A DNA stretch of 64,000 nucleotides, from sequence record NC_019521.1, one strand, 5' to 3'. This document shows, piece by piece, positions 7,539 to 16,973 of the stretch; within the stretch, counting starts at the first letter, position 1, and each line of letters begins with the position of its first letter. Position numbers and translations under genes: made by a program. Below the pieces are notes generated by a model that was not told the origin of the DNA, searched no databases, and worked only from the letters and a program-made list of their open reading frames with translations.

Positions 7539-8939
7539 ATGTTAGTAGCAACTTCAGTACCTTTATTAAACGGACTTAAAGATTCAGGTGGTACATTCTA
7601 TACATTGTCACCTACTCTGAACGACTTTAACACGATATTTTCAGGTAGTAACATAAAGTTAGTACCTTCAAAGTTTGCGTTACTTAAACTTCCAAAATGG
7701 CAGAATACTTCAGGTCAAACTATATTCAAAGACCCGGCTGCATTTGGTGGTCCAACAGTAACTGACCCAAACATATTAGTACCTAAACTGATTCAAGATT
7801 ATCTTGAAGTATTCAATAATTATTCATATACGAATAGATTAGATACTACACTTTTCAATGCTTCAGAAATAGGTTTCTGGAAAATGTTGAAAGATGTCGG
7901 TGCTATGCAATTTGAAGATGATGGTACGTATACTCAAGATAATCGAGTTTATACTAGATTTATTGAGAAACAGGAATCACCAGATTACGATCCAGTAGTT
8001 AAGTATATCGGTGACATAAATCTTCTGAATCATATTTCTAAAGATGGTCAATCGTATACGGAAATATACTTACATGTTCCTACAGAATCTGGTAAGATCG
8101 ATAGAATATCTTTCACTCAAAATGACGTTAAATGGAGACTACCAGAATTTCCAGAAAACGGTGGTGGTGATTTAGCCCCAGGATTAGATGCACACGATGG
8201 TACTGGAAACGTTAAAGCTATTTATGATACATCTGACAAGAAATACAAAGTTTCTGAAGCTTTAGATAATTCTGTAATTTACTGGGACGATATCGAAAAC
8301 AATGCTACAGATTCGTATAAGAAAGGTAATTACGAATTCAATGCTATAGCTGTATATTACGATATTTGGAACGAAAATGATAAGACAACTATCGCTAGAA
8401 ATCTTTATGGTATCTTCTTTATTGATAAGTTCGTACCAGCATCCGGTGGTTCTTATGAATTGAAAGAATTCCAAAAGGTACAACCTAGTCAAGACGCAGC
8501 TGGTAACTCTTACGGTTTCCGTATCAATTTGAAATTTAGTAATGCTTCTAATCAAGTTTCTTCAGAAATAACGATAAACGATTACAATACTATTTCTATG
8601 GAATTGTATATGAAAGCGTTAGAACTTATGACTGAAGCTAACTGGAATCAGCAAAAGTTATTACAGACTAATGCTTTACTAATTCAGAAGATAAATCAAC
8701 TTGAAAGTTCTTATGGTGAATTCATTCCATTAGATGAAACTACTAAAGAGCTTCAGCAATTACGTAACATATTAAGACAGTTAGATACTAATAATCAAGT
8801 TTTCGCACCTCAACAAATATTCTCAGATATACCACCAACAAATGGAATCTTTATAGAAGGAAGTGTTTACTGGGATAAGACAGCTAAAAAGATTTATCAG
8901 TATCGAAACAATAACTGGGTATTTCAAACAGATTTCTAA
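7539..8939 (+). CDS. Putative virion structural protein
   Basis: 466 aa, late operon upstream of the gp25-like gene, C-terminal coiled coil. Confidence 0.55.
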   Translation: MLVATSVPLLNGLKDSGGTFYTLSPTLNDFNTIFSGSNIKLVPSKFALLKLPKWQNTSGQTIFKDPAAFGGPTVTDPNILVPKLIQDYLEVFNNYSYTNRLDTTLFNASEIGFWKMLKDVGAMQFEDDGTYTQDNRVYTRFIEKQESPDYDPVVKYIGDINLLNHISKDGQSYTEIYLHVPTESGKIDRISFTQNDVKWRLPEFPENGGGDLAPGLDAHDGTGNVKAIYDTSDKKYKVSEALDNSVIYWDDIENNATDSYKKGNYEFNAIAVYYDIWNENDKTTIARNLYGIFFIDKFVPASGGSYELKEFQKVQPSQDAAGNSYGFRINLKFSNASNQVSSEITINDYNTISMELYMKALELMTEANWNQQKLLQTNALLIQKINQLESSYGEFIPLDETTKELQQLRNILRQLDTNNQVFAPQQIFSDIPPTNGIFIEGSVYWDKTAKKIYQYRNNNWVFQTDF

Positions 8940-8941
8940 AT

Positions 8942-9322
8942 ATGGATTTCAATACTTTACATCCTTCAGAACCGAGATACAAAGACATTGCTGTAGTATT
9001 GAATCCAGTTTCATTATTCAGACAAGAACTTTTATTCTTACTTGAAGGGAAAAACACAGACGTTCTAGGTGATTACGAAGATTGGATCGATATCGAATCG
9101 TTAGTGTTCAAATCGAATGTCAATGAAGATGATTTGAACAATCAGTTAAGAACTGCTATACAAACTAAATCAGTATATTGCTCAGATTTTACGTGGGATT
9201 CTAGAGTATATTTCATGAAAGATGATGTTACTAATTCTGACATTGGTATTATCGAAATCGAAATATACGATTCAACGAACGAAAACGTTGCAGATACTTT
9301 AAAATTCATGTACTCAATGTAA
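8942..9322 (+). CDS. Baseplate wedge subunit, T4 gp25-like
   Basis: QELLFLLEGKNTDVLGD..IDIESLVF resembles the gp25 core; lies just upstream of the gp6-like gene. Confidence 0.6.
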   Translation: MDFNTLHPSEPRYKDIAVVLNPVSLFRQELLFLLEGKNTDVLGDYEDWIDIESLVFKSNVNEDDLNNQLRTAIQTKSVYCSDFTWDSRVYFMKDDVTNSDIGIIEIEIYDSTNENVADTLKFMYSM

Positions 9323-9331
9323 AAACAAAAT

Positions 9332-9685
9332 ATGAAAACATTATCAAAATTATACGAAAGTAAATTAAACGAATCTTCTTTGAAAACTTTTACCTTTAAT
9401 GATTTAAAAGAAGCACCGTTAACTATAGATAAATACAATATATCCCAGAAACGTAATGGTACTTTATATAACATTATGAAGAAAGATGAAATGGATCATG
9501 GTAATATAATAAGATCAGTTTCAGAAGCCTTTCAAACTAAATCTGAATCAAGAAAGCATGGACTATTCTTTGCTGAATGTACAGGTAGATACATTTATTT
9601 ATATAGAACTGATAGTCCTAAAGGTGAAATCGTTTTATCAGCAAAAAGTGAAGAAGAACTTAGAAATTTTTATTCTACTATATAA
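9332..9685 (+). CDS. Hypothetical protein with capsid-targeting-like N-terminus
   Basis: Starts MKTLSKLYESKLNES. Confidence 0.6.
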   Translation: MKTLSKLYESKLNESSLKTFTFNDLKEAPLTIDKYNISQKRNGTLYNIMKKDEMDHGNIIRSVSEAFQTKSESRKHGLFFAECTGRYIYLYRTDSPKGEIVLSAKSEEELRNFYSTI

Positions 9686-9704
9686 ATCAACGTATTGACA
9701 TGTT

Positions 9705-9740
9705 CGAAAACCCACTCTCAAATTTGAGAGTGGGTTTTCG
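9705..9740. repeat. Perfect 36-bp palindrome (terminator-like)
   Basis: CGAAAACCCACTCTCAAA/TTTGAGAGTGGGTTTTCG with no spacer. Confidence 0.9.
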
Positions 9741-9745
9741 TCGTT

Positions 9746-9754
9746 TATACATAT
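9746..9754 (+). promoter_or_regulatory. Late-type promoter TATACATAT
   Basis: Exact motif. Confidence 0.75.
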
Positions 9755-9777
9755 AATCATAAACATAATTAACTGAA

Positions 9778-11508
9778 ATGCGTAAAACATACTTTAGTGA
9801 TAAGTTCAAATTTCTTAAAAATGCTTCATTAAGATCGGATGACATTTCAGCTTCAATCGATCAATATTTAGCTTCTGTATTTAAGAACAACAATTTAAAG
9901 TGGCTTAAAACTAAGTTGCTTGCTTTTAGTCAGACAATTGCGGTCGTAAAGGAATTATCGACATTGATATTCTATTACATTGATGCAGCCTTAACAGAAG
10001 CTAATGTTTTTACAGCTCAAAAGGAAGTTTCAGTTAGAAACTTAGCTGAGATTTCTGGACATAATGTTACTAGGGCTATTTCAGCACGTGGGTCTGTTCT
10101 TATAGAATTAATGCCACAGTTTTCAGCTGAATACGGTTCTCAAGTAAGAGTTAAGAAATATGGTAAGATTGCTACAAATCAAGGACATCAATATCTGATA
10201 AATTTTGATAGTGATGAACAAATACTTTCTACTAATTCGAATTGGATTTTACCAGTTATCGAAGGTAAACTTGAAACTTCTACATTCATAGCAACAGGTG
10301 AAGAACTACTTACCATTCATTTAGACGATATCAATATTATCGAGAATTATGATGTAAACGTTTTCGTTAATAATGTAAAATGGAACAAAGCTGCCGGTTT
10401 ATATGATATGACGATAAACGAAGAAGCTTATATCATAAAAACTGGTTATACGAATCAAGTGGATATTTATTTCGGTACTGGTATAAATGGTAAAGTTCCT
10501 TCTGTTGGTGATTCTATCCGTATCGAATATATCGTAACTTCTGGATTCGGTGGTAACATTTCAGATTTCGAAACTATCGAATTTACATTTGTTGACGGTG
10601 TATACGATTTACAGGATGAACAAATTGAAGTAAACGAATTAGTTAGAATTTCTAAACAGTCTGGATTCGATTTAGGAAACGCTGGTGAGGATTTAGATAC
10701 AACTAGATTAAACGTTGGTTTTAGTTCTCGTACTTTAGTTCTTTCAAGTTCTGAGAATTTCGAAGCTTATCTTTCAAGACTTCCAGTTTCCAGAGTAAAC
10801 GTTTGGTCTGAATATGATAACACAGCTGTTAAGAATCTTTTGATACTTCCAAGAATCAAAGAACGTGTAAGATCTTATAAGGATTATTTGACTATAGATG
10901 AAACTGATTTCGTTATAACAGATAAGATGAAAGATTCTATAATCGAACTTATAGATAATTCTAGAAAGACTTATGTAACGAATGAATTAGTTTTCATAGA
11001 CCCAATAATTCGTAAGTATGCTATTCTAGTTTATATCGAATCAGATCAAGATATTTTGAATCGTTCTTCTCTATACAAAGAAGTTACAGATACGATAACG
11101 TCACATTTCATGAATCGGATATTTTCTAAGAACTATTCGACAACAGTTTCTAAAGCTGAATTGATAAACGATATTAAGAAACAAGTTCCAGAATATTTAA
11201 GGATTAACATATTCATTGTTTCAGATCAAAACGAAGAGGCTAGAATAAACGGATTTTATGAGAAAAAAGAATATATTAACAAAGATGGTATTAAACGTAT
11301 AGATACTGTAAGAATCAATATCGACATTGATGAAAATCCAGGATTAGGTCTTTCGGAATATGGTGATATTTCTGTTCAGGATATAAACGAAATACCAGTT
11401 TTAGGAAAGAATGTTAGAATACTAAGCAACGATAATTCTGTTAAGACTATTGTCGATCCAATATCAGTTTACATAAAAGATGATAATAGCTGGAAACTTT
11501 TGTCTTAA
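9778..11508 (+). CDS. Baseplate wedge subunit, T4 gp6-like
   Basis: AQKEVSVRNLAEISGHNVTRAISARG, DIYFGTGINGKVPSVGDSIRIEYIVTSGFGGN, GEDLDTTR motifs. Confidence 0.85.
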   Translation: MRKTYFSDKFKFLKNASLRSDDISASIDQYLASVFKNNNLKWLKTKLLAFSQTIAVVKELSTLIFYYIDAALTEANVFTAQKEVSVRNLAEISGHNVTRAISARGSVLIELMPQFSAEYGSQVRVKKYGKIATNQGHQYLINFDSDEQILSTNSNWILPVIEGKLETSTFIATGEELLTIHLDDINIIENYDVNVFVNNVKWNKAAGLYDMTINEEAYIIKTGYTNQVDIYFGTGINGKVPSVGDSIRIEYIVTSGFGGNISDFETIEFTFVDGVYDLQDEQIEVNELVRISKQSGFDLGNAGEDLDTTRLNVGFSSRTLVLSSSENFEAYLSRLPVSRVNVWSEYDNTAVKNLLILPRIKERVRSYKDYLTIDETDFVITDKMKDSIIELIDNSRKTYVTNELVFIDPIIRKYAILVYIESDQDILNRSSLYKEVTDTITSHFMNRIFSKNYSTTVSKAELINDIKKQVPEYLRINIFIVSDQNEEARINGFYEKKEYINKDGIKRIDTVRINIDIDENPGLGLSEYGDISVQDINEIPVLGKNVRILSNDNSVKTIVDPISVYIKDDNSWKLLS

Positions 11509-11520
11509 AGTTAGTATAAT
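11492..11520 (+). promoter_or_regulatory. Early-type promoter GGAAAC-N17-TATAAT
   Basis: Matches the recurrent class; -35 lies within the gp6-like 3' end. Confidence 0.6.
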
Positions 11521-11535
11521 TTATTCATATTACAA

Positions 11536-11727
11536 ATGAGAAATTTCAATCATTTATCGAAACAGAAAGAAACAAAATTTCCATGGCAATTAGGATTGCT
11601 TAAGAAAAACATGTCACCACGTGCTTTTGCAAATCCTTTAACAGCTTACATACTTTTCAAAGCTGAGGAAATTCTTGTTAATGCTGTTGAACAAATTAAC
11701 AAAATACGAATTTACTTTAGACCTTAA
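11536..11727 (+). CDS. Hypothetical protein
   Basis: 63-aa ORF after the promoter. Confidence 0.6.
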   Translation: MRNFNHLSKQKETKFPWQLGLLKKNMSPRAFANPLTAYILFKAEEILVNAVEQINKIRIYFRP

Positions 11728-11731
11728 AACT

Positions 11732-11914
11732 ATGCTTGACAATGCTAAAGTTGGACAAAATTGTTCAACACATCTTATTCTTGACGGTGATGGTGTATCT
11801 GGAAAGATAACTAAAATCAACAAAACTAAAAGAACCTTTAACATAAAAACTAAAGGAGGTTTAACAATTAAAGACATAGCGGAAAAGGATTTACAAGAAG
11901 TTTATGGCAGTTAA
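11732..11914 (+). CDS. Hypothetical small basic protein
   Basis: Start moved from 11675 to the ATG 4 nt after the upstream stop. Confidence 0.6.
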   Translation: MLDNAKVGQNCSTHLILDGDGVSGKITKINKTKRTFNIKTKGGLTIKDIAEKDLQEVYGS

Positions 11915-12236
11915 TATGATGATATCTAAAGAACGTACAGTTTCTAGTAGACTTAGTAAATCTGTAAACGGTAATATCTTACGTGAGAATATCTCTAAAG
12001 CTATAGCAATTGAATCAGCTATTTGTTCAGGTTCTGTTAAAGCTATTTGTAAAGTTCCATTCTGTTTCATAAAAACTTTAGGAGGTTTTATGGAAAAGAT
12101 AAAACGTAACGAAGTTCTAATTCCAGTTAAAGGTAAAAAGAATACATATCTTACCAAATCCAACAATGAGTTTGTTGCTGATATAACGTTCATTAAATCA
12201 AATTTCAGAGTTATGGAAGATACGATAATAATCTAA
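11904..12236 (+). CDS. Hypothetical protein
   Basis: 110 aa, overlaps the upstream stop. Confidence 0.65.
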   Translation: MAVNMMISKERTVSSRLSKSVNGNILRENISKAIAIESAICSGSVKAICKVPFCFIKTLGGFMEKIKRNEVLIPVKGKKNTYLTKSNNEFVADITFIKSNFRVMEDTIII

Positions 12237-12271
12237 AAATACTTGGCGATAATACATTATCGTTTAATTTT

Positions 12272-12303
12272 CCCCACATCGCAAGTCGGTGTGGGGTTTC
12301 TTT
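12272..12303 (+). terminator. Intrinsic terminator
   Basis: CCCCACATCG-caagt-CGGTGTGGGG-TTTCTTT. Confidence 0.85.
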
Positions 12304-12307
12304 GTTT

Positions 12308-12316
12308 TATACATAT
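12308..12316 (+). promoter_or_regulatory. Late-type promoter TATACATAT
   Basis: Exact motif directly after a terminator. Confidence 0.75.
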
Positions 12317-12332
12317 TTCATAATCTATAACA

Positions 12333-15188
12333 ATGCTTAGAATCTACGATCAGAACAGTCAAGAACTGTATAACAATTCAATTCTTCATCTAAATAAAGT
12401 TTCAGTTGGGCTTAATGGAAATAGAACTATCGTTATCGAAAGTTCATCTAATTTTACTGTAACTAGTCCTAACGAAAACGTAAAGTTAGCTAAACTGATA
12501 AATCAGGACAAAGTATCATTAGAACTTTCTAGGGATTATAATGTTCAGAATAGATTTACCCCAGTTTATTTGAACTTATATTCTGAGGAAGAATTTGAAA
12601 GTATTGTAGACTTATACGTAACTAATATCGACGGTGATTCTATAACGATTAAAGTTAAAACAGTATTCGAGGATAACTCAGACCGTTTGATGGTTTTATT
12701 GAATAATAATGGTGTACGTATATCAGATTTATGGTATAAGGCTATCAAATCTTCAGACCTTAATGAAATATCTTGTATCGTTCTTAATCAAAAACGTAGA
12801 GAATTCTTACTAGATTTATTGACACTTACTGGTTGTATATCAAGTTACGATAATCTATTCGCAGCTTTAGACTTCTTTGAATGGAGTGATATAGTTACAG
12901 TAAAGGAGTATTGGAAAGATGGGCAATTTGGAAAGTATCGTATAACTGACGTTAACAATAAAATCATAGACCGAAAACTATTAAATGATGGTTTCGTTAA
13001 GACTAATTGGTTAGGATTGTATTTCCAGCTAAATCAACCAGATGGTACATATGATTCAGACGGTTTTGCTAATTTCGAAGACGTAAACGTAACAGTTGAA
13101 GACTTATGGACAAAGTTATACTATCTGAAACAGATTTTAGAAGAAACGTTTTTACCAACTAATGTTAAGATTATCGATATAGTAGGTGAACATACTTCAA
13201 TAGCTGGATTAGATAAAACTGTATGGGTTGATAAAACTGTAGTAACAGATATCGAACCAAATCCTTCAGATATCTTTGATGAATTCGATATCATAGCTAA
13301 TTCAAAGGATCATATAATTATCGAAGATTCATATTGTTTACGTAAGTTACCTATTTATATCGATCTTAATGATGATATGATAAAACTTGATCCTAATGCT
13401 ATATCTTCACAACCTAATGAACCGATATTCAAAATCATAAAGACTAAGGAAGAATTAAGTCAAATGACAGATTTCAAAGATTATGAAGTAATGACTCAGT
13501 TCTATCGTGGTGATTTCGCTTCAATAGAAGTTGTATTCAATGTTATCAATGAAGATTTAGCTGGATTGATGAATTACAAAATAGCTTTACAGGAAGATAT
13601 AGATGATTCTGGTCAATTCAATCAAATCTATTTGTCAGAATTAATGTCATATTCTGAACTATTAGCTTCACAAAAACTAGGTATTAGAAAGGTTGGTAAG
13701 TTTAGATTAGTGATTTATGTTTTCAATGGATGGGGTGCTATGGATATGGTAAGTTCGACATTAGAATTTACAGTATCTATAGATTCGTTAAACATTCAAC
13801 TTTATGAAATATCAGACAAGATTGATAAAGATTTGAAATATGATATTGGTTTCTATACAACTATTCCAACAGTAAATCAAGAACTTGTAGTACCGGATGC
13901 ATTCGATCCTATATTCGATATATCTGATAGAAGTACTGCGTTTCCTGGAAGATACTTCAAAAATTCAATGACTGAAAGATATCTAGAAACTACTATCAAT
14001 CAGTATAACATGGTTGAGAATCGACAATTACAAAAATGTAGGATTATCGATTATTCAACATATCATGAAGTTCTGTTATTTAGTTTTGATGATACTGAAA
14101 CTAGCTTGAAACTGAAGTTATACGATAGACATGAATGGTCTGAAGTTTCAAATCCTTCAAGTAATCATTCTGAAAGGACTGAATTAGTTTCAAAACTAAA
14201 TGATATAAGTTTCAGAAGTACGGATTGGAAGAATCCATTTAATCGATATACTTATCATCTTACAGAATATTCTGTTGACGGTAGTCTTACAAATACTATT
14301 CCAGTAATCGTAGCGTTTGCTAAAGAAGCTGATAATTTCTTTGAAAACATGGTGCTAATTGGAAACGCTTTATCAGAACCTATTGAGAAGGCTTATTTAC
14401 GATTACTATCATTACAACATGCTGTATTTAGAATCGATAAACTTATAAATCCTGCTACTAGTGATTTGACTATCATTCAAGATAAAGTAACTACAGTTAT
14501 CGAAAACGTAACTATCAATGATTTAGATGAATTGGTAACAGTTCTTAAGAATGCTCCGATTTCAAAAATGTCATTGACGGTTTCACCGAATGGAATGTTA
14601 ATCGTTTCAAGTGATAAGGATATTGTTTTGAAACATGATTCGATTGGTACCGTTTATGATATTGTCAGAAACGTAGCTTACGATAATTTGAAATTCGCAA
14701 AAATCGGTCAGGATTTTCAAGTAACAATTCCGGTATTTGCAACACCCGAAAAACGATATAATACTTATGATTATGTTTGGGAAGTTATCGATAGATATTC
14801 AGGTGATGTAGTACATACAGAGAATAACAGAGTAATGTCATGGTTACCTTTTGATTTGGGTGTATATGATATTAAATTATCAATGTTAGACGTTCTTACA
14901 GGTAATTCAGTTATATCAGCATTTAAGAAAGGTGGAATACGTATTTCTGATAGACCTTTTACTGAAACTAGTTCTAACGTAATGTTTTACAATACTGAAC
15001 AAACTAAGACTGTTTATAATACAACTTGCTTACTTGGAACGAATCCTGAACCTTTGATCTACAAAGTAAGGGAACGTAAGTATTCTTCTACAGTTTCACA
15101 AGAAGATGCTAATATGAAAGCTTTACGAGAAATCGAACAAAATGCTCAAGACTGGGCTAACGCTTATGGCTATTGTAGGGTGATGTAA
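12333..15188 (+). CDS. Large virion structural protein (probably baseplate)
   Basis: 951 aa, late promoter, near gp6-like; C-terminal YSSTVSQEDANMKALREIEQNAQDWANAYGYC module. Confidence 0.55.
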   Translation: MLRIYDQNSQELYNNSILHLNKVSVGLNGNRTIVIESSSNFTVTSPNENVKLAKLINQDKVSLELSRDYNVQNRFTPVYLNLYSEEEFESIVDLYVTNIDGDSITIKVKTVFEDNSDRLMVLLNNNGVRISDLWYKAIKSSDLNEISCIVLNQKRREFLLDLLTLTGCISSYDNLFAALDFFEWSDIVTVKEYWKDGQFGKYRITDVNNKIIDRKLLNDGFVKTNWLGLYFQLNQPDGTYDSDGFANFEDVNVTVEDLWTKLYYLKQILEETFLPTNVKIIDIVGEHTSIAGLDKTVWVDKTVVTDIEPNPSDIFDEFDIIANSKDHIIIEDSYCLRKLPIYIDLNDDMIKLDPNAISSQPNEPIFKIIKTKEELSQMTDFKDYEVMTQFYRGDFASIEVVFNVINEDLAGLMNYKIALQEDIDDSGQFNQIYLSELMSYSELLASQKLGIRKVGKFRLVIYVFNGWGAMDMVSSTLEFTVSIDSLNIQLYEISDKIDKDLKYDIGFYTTIPTVNQELVVPDAFDPIFDISDRSTAFPGRYFKNSMTERYLETTINQYNMVENRQLQKCRIIDYSTYHEVLLFSFDDTETSLKLKLYDRHEWSEVSNPSSNHSERTELVSKLNDISFRSTDWKNPFNRYTYHLTEYSVDGSLTNTIPVIVAFAKEADNFFENMVLIGNALSEPIEKAYLRLLSLQHAVFRIDKLINPATSDLTIIQDKVTTVIENVTINDLDELVTVLKNAPISKMSLTVSPNGMLIVSSDKDIVLKHDSIGTVYDIVRNVAYDNLKFAKIGQDFQVTIPVFATPEKRYNTYDYVWEVIDRYSGDVVHTENNRVMSWLPFDLGVYDIKLSMLDVLTGNSVISAFKKGGIRISDRPFTETSSNVMFYNTEQTKTVYNTTCLLGTNPEPLIYKVRERKYSSTVSQEDANMKALREIEQNAQDWANAYGYCRVM

Positions 15189-15212
15189 CACCCTACAAAT
15201 GTTTAGTATAAT
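15184..15212 (+). promoter_or_regulatory. Early-type promoter TGTAAC-N17-TATAAT
   Basis: Matches the class. Confidence 0.6.
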
Positions 15213-15262
15213 CTATTCTAATAACAAATATATTTGTTTACTTTTAAAAGCGTCACCAAAGA

Positions 15263-16165
15263 ATGGGAGCAACATTAAACTACTTTATGACCGGTAGACA
15301 TACTGGCGTAACTACACTCGCTAAGAACCTAGTTGAGTATTCTAAGAAACTGACATTTTTCATGTCATTCCATCCGAAACAAAGACATCTGTGGTACAAT
15401 CAAAACGATTTATCAAATTCAGCTGCTATCAAAATCAATGAAATAGTTTTCGATCGTCTTTCAAAAGAACGTATATCTTCATTTTATGAAATCTATAACT
15501 TAGTAGAGTCATATGGTAAACGTCACGCAACTGAGATGCTTCAATCGATGAACTTACAATTGGATAATTTCTATAAGTTTGGTGGTAACATTATCGTTGA
15601 AGGTATGCCTTTCGTAAATGGCGAACATGGTAAAAATATTCTAAAGAATATCGAAACAATAGTTAAGTATTCAAAAGGTCATGTTAACGTTTACTGGTTT
15701 GACGCATTCGAAGGTTTAAAATTCAGATACTCTGGTGAGAATGGAGGATATACTGAATTTATGGAAGGACGTCATTCGATGGTTACACAAATGAATAACA
15801 TCAATCTTATCGAATTTATAGATGACGAAGAAAATCTTATCGAATTCATTAAGCTTACTGAAAGGTTTGACGAAACGTTTGATATCAAGAATCTAAGATA
15901 TATGAAATCTGTAAGACATTACAATCTTTACAATGATGACATGTTAATGAAATACTTTAGATCGAACTTCTTACAGTATATCAATTACTGGTCAAGGACC
16001 CCACTTCTGTCTAATATATTCGAAACCAAAAACGTTACTAATATTTTCAAAGATAGTAGAACTTATGTTCTTAACGATGACTATCATTTCATGACTTTCA
16101 AAGATATATTCAATGATTTAGTATTCGATACAAAAGTATACGAAAAATTGAAAACGTTTAGATAA
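15263..16165 (+). CDS. Hypothetical protein with a degenerate P-loop
   Basis: N-terminal FMTGRHTGVTTLAK and downstream IIVEG. Confidence 0.45.
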   Translation: MGATLNYFMTGRHTGVTTLAKNLVEYSKKLTFFMSFHPKQRHLWYNQNDLSNSAAIKINEIVFDRLSKERISSFYEIYNLVESYGKRHATEMLQSMNLQLDNFYKFGGNIIVEGMPFVNGEHGKNILKNIETIVKYSKGHVNVYWFDAFEGLKFRYSGENGGYTEFMEGRHSMVTQMNNINLIEFIDDEENLIEFIKLTERFDETFDIKNLRYMKSVRHYNLYNDDMLMKYFRSNFLQYINYWSRTPLLSNIFETKNVTNIFKDSRTYVLNDDYHFMTFKDIFNDLVFDTKVYEKLKTFR

Positions 16166-16177
16166 GTTGAGTAAAAT
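16149..16177 (+). promoter_or_regulatory. Early-type promoter TGAAAA-N17-TAAAAT
   Basis: Variant of the class. Confidence 0.45.
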
Positions 16178-16203
16178 TAATCCAATACTATAAAATCAAA
16201 ACA

Positions 16204-16689
16204 ATGACAAACAAACAAAAGTCGAGGAAGACCAAGGGTAAGCTAATTTTACACCCTGGGTCATTGTTAATTGCAAAACCTAAGTTCAATATCGCAATTC
16301 ATCCTATCTCAAGAGAAGTTTACAAAATCACAACTTCATTACAAGGCATAATGCGATTAGAACCAGTTTCAGGTTCTGGTAAAGTAAGACATGACGATGA
16401 TATTACCCAATATCTGTTTCCTTACATTATGACATCAGATAACGATGTTTACCCTATCGATTATGAATGGCAGAAAGTATTTTCATTACTTGACATTTCT
16501 AGAACATTTGATATCGAAATCAAAACTATTATTGGTGTTTCTGACATGGCTTTCAAAGCTGAGAAATCGAGATTTTATAGTATCGAAATCAATACTCCAC
16601 AAACATTGAAATTAACTCAATCTGAGTTGATAACTTTGCAAACTCTATTAAAGGGATCGAAACATAAGTTAAACAGAATAAAACGATAA
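16204..16689 (+). CDS. Hypothetical protein
   Basis: 161-aa ORF in operon. Confidence 0.75.
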   Translation: MTNKQKSRKTKGKLILHPGSLLIAKPKFNIAIHPISREVYKITTSLQGIMRLEPVSGSGKVRHDDDITQYLFPYIMTSDNDVYPIDYEWQKVFSLLDISRTFDIEIKTIIGVSDMAFKAEKSRFYSIEINTPQTLKLTQSELITLQTLLKGSKHKLNRIKR

Positions 16690-16692
16690 GAC

Positions 16693-16968
16693 ATGGAAGA
16701 ACAATATAGTAACATTAATCGTAAACAAAAGACTTTCGAAACTTGTAAAGACAATACTGAATCTATAATTCAGGACATAAGAACTGCTTCCATGTCTGTT
16801 AATTCTTTGATTCAAAACGAATTAGTTCTAAATAAATCCGATTTACGTGAAGAAGCTTTAACTATTGAAGATAATATCAATAGATTAGAAATTCGTTTAC
16901 AAGAATACGTAAAGTTCTTACGTTCCCACAGATTAGATGCTATAAGTACATTCTCTAAAATTCAATAA
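16693..16968 (+). CDS. Hypothetical coiled-coil protein
   Basis: 91-aa ORF in operon. Confidence 0.7.
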   Translation: MEEQYSNINRKQKTFETCKDNTESIIQDIRTASMSVNSLIQNELVLNKSDLREEALTIEDNINRLEIRLQEYVKFLRSHRLDAISTFSKIQ

Positions 16969-16973
16969 AACAA

